From: Ascidiella aspersa
Taxonomy: Eukaryota
NCBI GenBank assembly: GCA_963924565.1
Contig: OZ004607.1
Location: 11,718,001-11,782,000 of the forward strand
DNA length: 64,000 nucleotides
Reading direction: 5' to 3'
Below, in pieces: positions 1 through 11,600 of the stretch (position 1 is its first letter; every line of letters begins with the position of its first letter). The translations under genes and the position numbers were made by a program. The notes under the pieces were generated by a model, which worked only from the letters and a program-made list of their open reading frames with translations, was not told where the DNA came from and ran no database searches.

Positions 1-3000
1 GACTTATTATCTAAATGACATTGTTCTTTACCGCCACCTAAATGCTGTTGCTTTTGGTTAGTCCTTACAAAGTACAAGTCCTAATTTTTCTCATATACGC
101 TTCTAACATAACCTGTGGTTATGTAAGTTTAGTAAACGTGAAGCTTTTCAAAAACGAATTAAGTACAACATATGGTTTAGTGAAAGATATAGAATTGTCG
201 TCCAAAACATACAACAATATTACATAATTTAAAACTACAGGCAACAAAGACTTACTTGTTTTTTGTTTGTCTCTAGCGATTATTGCGTTATACAAAAGTC
301 ATCGTTGCATAATTTAAAAGACTTAAGTAAAGTGTACGTGTTTTTATAACTCTTTTGCGTACTCGATTCAGAAAAGTCCCCACTGTCGTTTCAAACAAAT
401 TATATATAACCTATATTCTTAGAACTAATCAACTAGTTTAGATAGCTTGAACACACCTAAAAAAGATATTAATGTGCTTCAAAACATTAGCCTAATATTT
501 TTTTTATGAAACCTTTTGCCATTATCAGTTTTGAAAAGTTTGAACAAAAGTTTTCCAGACGGCGTTTGCTTATTCACCACATGCTGTTGCTACCAGGCAA
601 AGCATGCCAAATAAAAGCTCCCGCGGCCTAACGCATTAGGTCCGCACAAAGGCGCTACAATAATTAAATTTGTGGCAATTTATTTCCTCCAACGTTTCGG
701 CTACCTATACAGGATGCCTTAAACAGGCAATGCAACAATACCAAGATAAAACCCACGCAAAGTAAAACTAAACAAAAAGCGATAAAGGCGTCGACCCACA
801 ACTCAATTGTTATCTTTTAACACCTGTTTGCATGGAGCTGGAAATAAAACGTTCGTTTTTATATTAATAGTATCTGGCTGCCGGTGAATACACCACGTTT
901 CACAAAAAATACGTTACCAAAGTCACCTTCTTTCGCAATAACAGTGCCACCAGAAGAATTTAATATTGTGATTGAATTTACATACATGCAGCGCAAAAGC
1001 TGACTTCTTAGCGTCGTTGTTTAGCGTCGTTGTCGTTGTTGACTTTCTTAGCGTCGTTGTCTTCACTTCACGAACGTGTTCTTTCCGCCGTGTGTCGAAC
1101 AAACTTCCTATTTCACCAATAAACCATAGGACAATCGCCGCACAGATTATTATAAACTAGGCCCTTTGCCTTGTTGACTTCGATTGAGTTTTCAGGATAC
1201 TACAACAGGTGGCATAACGTGGTGATAGTGACCCACTTCTCCCATTCAGTAGGGGCTCGTTCCGTGAGACCGCACGTTGTTGTCTTAGTAACGACAGTGG
1301 ACATCTAATAAGGCCTAGGAATTTGCGAACCCATCGAAGCCGGTGGTCTTTCACCGGATCACTGTGGGTTTGTGTCCTGCCATTTGTTTCCGGGCAGTAA
1401 AATATTAAACTTATTAATAATACTGACACCTATTACCTATAAATCTTATGCCGAAGCGCAGTTTAACTCTGGTCCTACCTCCAAGTGGCGGCATCGTCTC
1501 CCTTTGAGAGAATGCTTGTCCTCAGGATTTTGGTCAATGGGAAGAATAAGTCTGTTAATCTTCACCCTTTACTTCACACTTACTTTCTTTTTTTTTTTCA
1601 GTAGAAAGAGAGTGGCCCAAATAATAGATAAAAGATTCATTCTTTTATTAGCAAACGTTTCGGCAATTTATTTTGCCATCATCAGTGCAGTAAGTGAGAC
1701 CAAGATAAAAACTCTTTCTACTGAAGATAATCAACAGATCCGTGTTTAGTGTTCCTACTTTCTTTTAGTTAGCGAAAAACAAATCAAAAAAAACCTCGAA
1801 GCTCTTCCTCCACCACGCTCGAGTCCAACGTCAACCTTTTTTTAATTTCTTTTTCGTCATCTTTAACTTGCAACCGACCACCGTGTATATGTGTGCCCCC
1901 GTAATGTTTTTGACCTAACATTATGCAACAGATGTAGTCGTATGGATAGCATTTAAAAGTATCCATCTAACCTTAACTTGTATGTATTTATAATTATTGT
2001 GTAGGTTTCTGATAAAAAATCTACATAGATGATAGATGGAGTCAAAGGGTTAATAAAATGATATCATAGGTTCAGGGACAAGACGTTCAACAATACTTAT
2101 CAGAAGTTAAAACAGGGACCACATTCATTAATAAGCTACTTTTAAGTGTAACCACCGTTTCGGAACACAAATGCTCTTATGCCGGATTGACTGCTAAGGG
2201 TATAGCGTCTAACAAACCATGATGAAGTATAATGTTTTGCCACGGGCAAATTATGACTGAATCCAGCCTCCGCAATTTCCTAATCATGTATCTAAAGGCC
2301 TTCTCGGCATTGTAAAACCTGTTGGTATTTTGCTACTTCCAACACTAACAGACTTCAAAGTAACCGAGAATAACATTGGGTTCCGCGGAAAATGGCGCCA
2401 TTTTTATTAAGGCATGCTTGTGTTTTACTATTGTATCTAAAGTGTTTTGATTTTGTCTAAATAGACAAAGTCTGTGATTGAAAAAGCCAATAGTAGGCTA
2501 CAGTGTTGTAATGATAGAAGTTAATTACTTGAAGTAATTGTACTTAAGTATATGTTTTCAAATATCTTGGCTTGTCTTAATAACCTGTTTACAACACTGG
2601 GATAGTAGAAGTTTGTGATATTGTAAGTCGTCCGATACCAGTTTTTTAACTGCTTTCAAGTGTAGCAGATTGGCTGCACTTGAGTCAATGTTTATAAATA
2701 ACTTGACTCGACTTAGGTCATTTCTCTTCTTGCTGAACGCGACTTGACTTGATTTGTTATTATCCACTGGAATAAGGTTCGGTTTCAAAGAACGTTATCT
2801 AAACAACTTTAAAGGTTTAGACTTGACATAAAATGGCTTGCCAAGCCATTTAATTCGGTCCACGGTTTATTTTCATTAAAACAATTTTTCTTGGTATGTA
2901 CAACTCAAACGTAATGACAACTTAGTGTCACAGTATGACGTCATGTTATCTATTTTAGTTCCACTTTTTGACCCGGCCAGCTACAGCATTTTGTGTTTCT

Positions 3001-3466
3001 CATGCGCCTGCTGTTGAAAATAATGGCCCACGGTTTATAGCTTATTTAGCCTATAAATACATGTACAATAAATGCCTTTTTAATTTTTTTTTATTTATTT
3101 ATTTATTTTATTTATTTTTTATTTTAATTTATTTTTTTTTGAAAATATTGTGTGGGAACTTAACATCACATACGTCTTACTTGAATTTACTGTTATCCCA
3201 TAAAAATATGCCAAGGCAACTGCTTACCCCTTTTTACGACATTAAATTAAAGACAGGAAATGCCAAAATAAACGCGTAATTTCCTGGCGCTTGTTTATAT
3301 CTAACAATATTTTTACATAGATTTAAATGCACACATCAAAATTAGTAAGCGCATTATTCCTAGGCGAACCAATTAACAAAGGAACGATAACTGTTGGCTT
3401 TTTGTTGTAACTAACTAAACCTCTATTGTTTGCTGTTATCTTAAATAAATAAACATAACTTTTAGC

Positions 3467-4867
3467 ATGCAGGTTGAACTCTACGCAAGGAGGTGGTTCT
3501 TTTTGCTCGGCCTTTTTATTTTCCAGTTTTTCGGCGGAATTTCTTTCGGCAGTTTTGGAGAAATCAGCAACTTCTACACACAGTTTTACAATATCGACCA
3601 TGCGTTGGTGGATTGGATCACAAACGGACGAAATATCAGCGCCGTTTTCATCACAGTTCCTTTGGCGTGGTTCGCATTCAAAGGCAGCATCGGATTAAGG
3701 AAGATGGTTGTGATGGTTGTAGTAACAAGCACAATCGGAATGCTGTTGGTTACTGCCGCCCTCACTCGCCCTTCACTGGTTTCCTTGATATTCCTAGGGC
3801 AGCTTTTGTCAGGAATCGCAGAAACCATCGTCATAGGTTTGTCCTCCACGTTTGCAGTTCTGTGGTTTCCCGAAAACCAAGTGGGTACAGTGATATCCAT
3901 CAACGTAATGGGCCTTGTTGTCGGGGATACGACCGGCTATCTTTTGCCGCCTTACTTGCTGTATTCGTCGGATTTAGGCAGAAATGATACGTACACCCTC
4001 AGTGATTCAATGCTTGAAAACGGCCGGCGTAACTTACAAATCATGTACGCTGCGTTTTCGGGCATTGCAGTATTTTCTGCCGTGTTCTTATGCGTGTTTA
4101 TTACCGATCGACCACCGATGGCACCAACGGCGGCTCAAAGTCTAAAAGAAACAATGAATACAGATCAAAAGACTTGGACTGTGTTTTGTAATGAAACAAA
4201 ATCGTTGTTTACAAACAGGTCTTACGTTATTATGACAATTGCGTTGGCCATTGTCTTCCAGATAGTCTTCATTGAAAATCTTATAATGTCAGAGATCCTG
4301 CATAGTTTACACCTGGAAAGTTTTTCTAGACTTCCCTCCGACGTAGTAAGCGGTTATGTCATGTCGCTTTGGAGTGTTAGTAACATAGTTGGTCTTATGC
4401 TCGGTGGCCCGCTAGTCAACCATTGCAAGCGATACAAATCTCTAATTTTAGTAAGCCTGGGGTTGACGTTGCTGTCCACAATCTTGTTGGGTGTGGGTGT
4501 GATTTTAGAAAAAGCAAAGCTCATCTTTGTCGGAAACTCATTGTTTGGATTTTTTAACGGTTTTTCATCAATCTTAGGTCTAGAGATGCTGACGCAGCAA
4601 ACCTATCCCGTCGAAGAAACGGTTGTTAACACTTGGATGACAGGGTCAATGTCAGTCACAGCATTGTTTCTCGGAGTGGTCGGCAGAATCATTTATAGCA
4701 GTTTTGGCAGTGTCGGTATAATGACCTTTCAAAGTGCACTGCTACTAGGAGTCCTTATTACAACCTGTTTTGTTTCACCCATAAACAAGCGGCTGGAAGC
4801 TGGAAAAAACGGCGTCATAAGTTCCTCCGAAACTCCTCTTTTAAAAAATGGAATTGCATCCTACTAA
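3467..4867 (+). CDS. Intronless MFS transporter, SLC49 (FLVCR/DIRC2-like) family, 466 aa
   Basis: Single long ORF with ~12 hydrophobic segments. SLC49-type motifs: N-terminal LYARRWFFL, WFPENQVGT, PPMAPTAAQ after TM6, and TYPVEE. A splice acceptor (ttttag) lies 1 nt before the ATG. The exact paralogue cannot be assigned. Confidence 0.9.
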   Translation: MQVELYARRWFFLLGLFIFQFFGGISFGSFGEISNFYTQFYNIDHALVDWITNGRNISAVFITVPLAWFAFKGSIGLRKMVVMVVVTSTIGMLLVTAALTRPSLVSLIFLGQLLSGIAETIVIGLSSTFAVLWFPENQVGTVISINVMGLVVGDTTGYLLPPYLLYSSDLGRNDTYTLSDSMLENGRRNLQIMYAAFSGIAVFSAVFLCVFITDRPPMAPTAAQSLKETMNTDQKTWTVFCNETKSLFTNRSYVIMTIALAIVFQIVFIENLIMSEILHSLHLESFSRLPSDVVSGYVMSLWSVSNIVGLMLGGPLVNHCKRYKSLILVSLGLTLLSTILLGVGVILEKAKLIFVGNSLFGFFNGFSSILGLEMLTQQTYPVEETVVNTWMTGSMSVTALFLGVVGRIIYSSFGSVGIMTFQSALLLGVLITTCFVSPINKRLEAGKNGVISSSETPLLKNGIASY

Positions 4868-5663
4868 TCCTGCGACTGAACAAGAAAGGGCCATTAAAAT
4901 AACTTGTATTGTTAATCTGTTCACAAAGTTGGCTTTCGCAATATACACAATAGAAAAAACAGTTATTTTCCTCACTTTTTTAAATTATTTTGCAAGACGT
5001 AAAATGCTACTGCTTCTGTTACCTTTGTGTATAATATATTTACAGTTATGTTTGTTAAGTTAAATCAATTGCGAGATGTACAGTGACACAGACATTTTAA
5101 CTTGTTAATTAATCGTGCACAATCATCACTTCAGACGTCTTAAATAGCTTGCATCACATGTACATAATATTATTGTTTTCTTCTGCATGTGTTTACTTTT
5201 ATGCGTTCACTAACAAAGTTTAAAAGGTTAAGCGCTTATTTCAATATATTTCTATTCGTCAACTGTAATCCCCCGTGTACATTACACGAGGTCGCAACTT
5301 CTCCCCACAGATTATTGCTTGATTTGACAAGATCAACACGAAAATATGACAATACGTCAAAGTGTAATGCTTTACAAAAAGTTTAATTATATTAAATTTG
5401 TCCAAAAAACACCAAAGCAGGAATAGGTTCGGTGTTTTAAACCTTGCCGTTTTTTATGGTAGGCTTGCAATTGTCAATGCTACGTGCCTAAATGCTTCTT
5501 GCTAATTGACAATTTATTATGTGTGTTGCTTGTAAACAAACTGCACCTTATTAACTAACTCGATACATTGACGTCCTCCGAAGTAAGTTGCTGATAATAG
5601 GGTATTCTTCTGAAAAAAAAAAATTGCACAGAACCAAATGAATTTTTCTATTTATTTTGCGCA

Positions 5664-8600
5664 TTATTCGCCAATAGTTGACTCTGCCTTTGGTTGCTTG
5701 TTTTTCTTTTTCGCCTTCTTCTTTGGCACAGAAACAACAAGAGAGTCCGAGCTTTTCTGTGCGTCATTTGACGTTCCATCTTCCGCCAGGTGGCGCTTTT
5801 GCTTCGAACCTTTTCCACGTTTTGCCTTCTTCTTTTCTTTCTGCACTCTTCTCTTTCTCGCTTTCCGGCTCTCTTTTGGCTCTTCGGTGGCATTTTCGTC
5901 TGTGTCAATAAAACGTTGATGAATTGTACATATTGGAAATAAGCTTGATTAAAAACTAACTTAACCCTCCACCAAAAACATGTGATCGTTTCGAAAAATT
6001 GGTAGTCGAAACAGTCGCTGAAGAAAAATTGCCCATGTGAAACAGCATTTATTAACTTAACACGTAATTACGGAGTTTTGGGAGCATAATGACCGAAGGT
6101 TGTAGTTGGACGTAGAATGATTATATTAAAGAGATGTTGAAGATGAATTAAGAATTATTTCGATATCTTCAAATACGCCTACTTCTGTATTGGCATTGAT
6201 GTTGTTTCTACAAACAACGGAGCGATTTGCGCCTCGATTCCTGTATTTAACCATTTATGCATTAACCCAAGCAGACTATAGATACCAACCGTTTTCGCCT
6301 TCTGACAACTTGCGTTTTCGCTTTTCTTTCTTCTCCTTCTTTTCTTTCTTTTGTGGTTTGTCGGATTTGTCTGGTTTGGTTCGCCTGTGAAACACCAAAC
6401 GTTAAGAATATAAAATTATCAGTCGAGAGCATGGATGTTCTTTGAATTGAAATTTTTGACAATGGAGCTACTGGTTTTGTGTAGGCGCATATTTTCAATG
6501 TCGTTCAGCCTGGGATGATTCATTTGCCAGTAACTGTCAAAAACGACTAATAAAAGCCAATAGTGGCCTGACTGCGTTTATGTCTTGCCACAACCTTGTA
6601 TTAAGTTAAGCAGCGATTAGTTAATCGGTGTATGAAAGACACACACAATCGGTGTACTGCGAAACACTCTTCAAAACAGGCCTAGATATCGCCAAAAGAA
6701 AAATTGAAAGTGCATAAACTGTAATTGTGTGGTTTATTTTAAGGCATGGTTACAACCTTGTGTTCCGTAAAACTATTTTAATGCGATAAGCGATATGTGG
6801 TTTAAAAAAGTTGAAAACACTGCGCTAATTTTAGGCGTTCAACAAGATCGATGGTTCACAAACATTTCCAACAGTTTGAAACAATTCCTGCAAAGATTTG
6901 TCATAATTACCAAGACTCGTTAACCCAGAAAAACGGACACCTAAATGTCGTTTTCATAACAGCTCGGCTAACCTAATGACTTGCAGACAAAAGTAAGGGG
7001 TTCACATCAGTCACTGTCGGCATACATTATAGCGTGGCATGCGGTGAGCACATTTCTTAGTAAACCTACTTTGCTCCGAGAGTGGAGAGGACCTTCCAGG
7101 CGAGGTTGGTGATTTCCTGCGATCTCCTTGCTTCCTGCAGCTGGAGGAGCTTGTTGAGAGCGTCACTGACTTCCTTCCATTGTTCCAGGTCGTCTTCCGC
7201 TGCCTTTGACTTTATGGTCTGGACCGGGTGATATAGGAGTCTGTGTGGTATAAAAAAAGCATTTAAAAGAAAACGTGTGAAACTAGAGACGCGTTTGTCT
7301 TTAAAATAACACTCGGCGTGGATGTTTCCTGTATACAAGCTCTTTATCATATACAGTGAAACGGAAAGCACGGATACTCTTACTGGCATTTATGTTAGTT
7401 ATGAATGCGAACAGATTAACCCGAGTTTTGAGGCAATAACAGCAGTTTTAATGACTCGAATAAATTAAGAGAAATTTACCGTCAACTAAATTTTTCTTTT
7501 TTTTTTTAAATAGAGCACATAGTATTATTGTGGCACCTCCGAGGGGATTGACATTTTAAATTATTTAAAAATTTCGCTTAACAAAAATAACATATGAATG
7601 GTCAAGTTAATTACTAAAGGTTGGGTTTTTCCAAAAACGTTTATATGTCGCAAATTAAAATCATTAATATACCAAAAGGAGTGTATACAAGACCGCAATG
7701 CATATTTTAACTCACATTATACCTTTCTTTAAATAATAGTGTTGCAGACAAAATGTAAACCTCTGAGTCAAACAATTACAATCACAATGGTTAATCGACT
7801 TCCTGATGAGTAATGAAACCGGTTTTGACGCATTTACAAAGCACCATCTTTGACAGCAACAAAACAAATCAACTGAAATTAGCCGAAAAAAATCAACTAA
7901 AATTGCCTCCAATCCACTTCAGACACAATTAAAACCAATAACTCTAAAAAAGGGTTCGGCTCTCTATAAGCGGCCACGAAAATTGTCCAATTTACTTGCG
8001 ATTCACAGCACTCACCGCAGAAGTTCGGAGACGTGTTTTGGCCGAAAGTCGTCTGCTGGCTGCTTGCAAATCTTGCTTAGGATGTCGGTGATTGTGTCCA
8101 CGAGCTCCGCCGAGTGCTGGCCGGCGTAAGGGGCTGACACCGAGCAAGTGAAAAGTAGCTGAAGAAGCTGGCAAGCCTGACCCTAAAATAGCAATAAAGA
8201 TGAGCTAAAATCCATTGAAAAGCAACGCCGCGAAACGATTACGGCATCCTAATAACATGCCTCACAAATGAACACAGTACAATATAACACACAGCCTTTT
8301 GAAGTTACTGCAGATCTGCAAAACCTACTAATGATTTTCATATTATTTTATATTATATTTTTCTTTAGTGGCTATGGCTACTTTACAGTTCTTGGTACAA
8401 CTTACAGGCTCCATTTAAACAAGACAAAATGTCTGGCGTACCTTTCCAGACAATTTGCAGTGGGTATAACGAAAGTAATAACGCTACAAAAAGTAGAAGC
8501 AATGCAAAACCTAACAATGATTCTTATATTATATTACTTTTAGTAGTCATAGCTGATGTACAGTTCTTTGTATAAGTGACAGGCTACAATCAAACAAGAC

Positions 8601-11600
8601 AAAATGTCTGGCGTACCTTTCCAGACAAATAGTTGCTGTGGGTTTAACGAAGTAAAAACGCTACAAAAAATCAAAGCAATGCACCTTAGTTAGCGTACAA
8701 TCTGGTAAAAAACGAAAAAACACCAACAATAAAGCAAATAATGGAAGTAGGCAGATATCGTACCTTCCTAAACACAAGGACGGCGTCTTTCACGTTGGCG
8801 ATGAGCGGTTTGGTGAGGTTCCGGGCGAGGATCGGGTAACGGCTGACGAAATCGTGGAGCACGCATTGTTGCATCTTGCTATCCCGCCTGCTCATGTAGT
8901 CGTCCAGCGCGCTCGCGTACATCGCGCAAACACGCTCCACGTCCACGGCGCCTGTCTCGCAACTGGGGGGATAGAGTAGGGATGTGCATAAACAAAATGT
9001 GTCCAGTATCATAACTTAATGCTTCATCAGTAAGTATTTTAACGACAAGACGAGGCCTCCACGACCTTTAAACTGCGAGTAAGAGGTTGAACGATTCTTT
9101 AAAGAGCGACTGGGATTCGACTGGTCGGCTAACTACAGTGAGGGGCTAATCCAAATGCTCCCCAAGTAAAAACGGCAAAAGCATTCAACGTATTTGTAAG
9201 TATTATTATCGCAAGAGGTTTTGATCACACTGTGATTATCACAGTGTATATTCGGTTATCGTGAATATAGTATGTTCTTAACAGCTACATTCTTCTTTGT
9301 TTGCAATACAAAAAAGTCAGTAGCTTATAGTTTCATGCAACATGTAACACTTTAACGTTGCTCATTTCGCTTTCTTTTCCCATATCAATAGACATCTTAG
9401 CCTTAAAAAAACAGTAAAATAACAGGTCTTACGTTTTCACTTTACAGGTAATTTGGGCGGCGGTTTATTTTATTTTTATAATTTAAAACAGGTTTTACAT
9501 AATGGCCATCCTGCAACTCAATCTAGCGTCCTTGGTTTCAATGTGTATACAAAGAGATTTTGAGCTTTAGGCGATAAAGCTTACAAGAAACAGTGGCCAG
9601 AGACTAAGCGGCAAAACATGTGTAATAAATTTTACACTGACATCGAGTAATATTTGGGTTGATGAAGTGGTGCCGGATTTCTTCACATAACCAATGTGAA
9701 AAGAAGTCTGGCATACCAAATAATACAGGGTCGGTTTTACTGCGGAATGAGGCGCGAGCCGGTTTTGTCTGCTTTCTATCGCTGTTGAATATAACCACTG
9801 AACTCGGTGCGGTAAAATCAAACAAGAGAAAGGCTTGGATCAGTGTTTCTCAAACTTTTCAGCTTGCGATACACTTAGACTTGGGACGATCAAAAAAAAA
9901 GATAGGCGGCGCACTTTTTTAAGAATAATACACAACCTTGACAATAGTCCTTAATACACGGCAAGCTTATAGATGAATACCATAGTATTGCATACATAGT
10001 TTTTAAAATAAATATAGTTTACATTTAAGCCTCACATGCTTACTTGTGGCTAGTGAGTAATATGAATGGTTTATATGAAAATCTTTGGATACACACCAGT
10101 GTGCCGTTGCACACAGTTCGACAATCACTGGCTAAGATAAAGCGATGGGAACACACGATAAGAAATGTAAAGTATCAACTTTTAATGCAGAATAGTTTGA
10201 ATTTTGTAAGGCTGTCATTAGGACCAACGACATAATGAGTAAGATATTAAATCGTCTGAATACGGCCCAAACATGTCAGAATAAGTCCTAATTTTAACGA
10301 AGTAAGGTCTAAATCGACAAAATAACGCCTGAAACTGTAGGGAGGCGGTATGGGACACCTGTCTGACATCGAACGTTTGGGTGTCGAAGCTTGGGGGTCC
10401 CAGTTTGAACTGCGCCGTTAAGGTTAACGTTGTTTTGGCACGAAATTGTTTGCCCCTGTATGGGGTTATGGGCAGGTAACGAATGATGAGATAGGAAATT
10501 TCGTGAGAGTTGAAGTTATTGGGGGAGTTAGTGATGTTAGGACTAGGATTTTGGGTCAGGTAAAAGCTGTATAGGCCTTATTCTGGCTGTTTAGGATTTA
10601 ATCCGGCCGGTCTAAGACTTATTCCAATCAAGAGGTTTTCACGACTATTATGTATTGGTCCTATTTTGGTCTATTTCCGAATGTTGTTAAGAGGTCATTG
10701 ACGCTTACCCTTCCTGCGTGGATGGCTGGCCTGCCAGCACCCTCAGCAGCAACATGCAGCAGTGAGACGAGAGCTGGGAGAGAAAAACGCCGCCGTTGGC
10801 GCGCTCGCACCTGCGCAGTATCGCCTCCATGTCGTCGTGGCAACCACTGATCTGCGCAGCATCCAACGTGCGCGGGTATCCCTTCATCTTGCACAGCTTA
10901 ACCCTGGGTGTGAAACAAATTGTCAGTCAGTTTTTTTTAGGTTTTGGAGGTTTGATCCGATTTATGCTAATGGAAAAAATTATCCTGATTGATATCTTCA
11001 TATTTTAACGAAAAACCTTTTTATGACACAGCTTCTGAGAGCGTTGTCTGAACTAAAGTGTTCTACACCGCATTTTTTAGTGAACAATTTCATAGTGATT
11101 TTTGATAACTAATCCATCGTAATTCTATAAATGATTTAAAAGAACAAACAATAAAAAACACAAAAGCTCGCCGTGTCGTATTCTCAGTGCACAACAACAA
11201 AAGCCTTATGGGCGTTTAAATATAACCGCATGAACTAGATGACTTGCAACCACCACTTTCGACATCACGGCAGAAGCGCTGTTGTGACGTTTTTACGCCT
11301 AGTAGATAAGCCGTGCAACAATAATAAGCAATGCAGATGACTTTTCAGTTGCAAATACTCTTTCGCCATGTTGTGTACAATGTATATAACCAGGTTTAAC
11401 ACAACTTGAGAAAATGTGTGTCGACTGGTTTCCTCAGCGATTGGCAAAAAACCTCCGATTACGGTTAAAAGAAATGGCTCTTTACCTATGCATTTACTCC
11501 GAGAAAATTTTACAATTTTATGAGAAATTTTTGCAACGATATTATATGCTTCGTTTGACTGCCAAAAAGCAAAAAAGTGTGTTTTGCTTAATAAAATAAA

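Noticed and set aside
1445-1530. HDV-like or twister ribozyme
   Set aside because: P3 would be only 2 bp, and there is no GG for P1.1 or C-R-A J4/2 segment. Twister conserved residues are not in register.
3467-5899. Conserved synteny with human SPNS2-MYBBP1A (MFS gene tail-to-tail with MYBBP1A)
   Set aside because: The transporter here has SLC49 motifs rather than Spinster motifs, so the arrangement is probably coincidental.
7795-7830. Hammerhead-like CTGATGAG-TAAT-GAAACCGGTT (Penelope-type minimal core)
   Set aside because: Core boxes and the palindromic CCGG are present, but the flanks cannot form stem I and stem II is only a G-U pair. At best a decayed relic.
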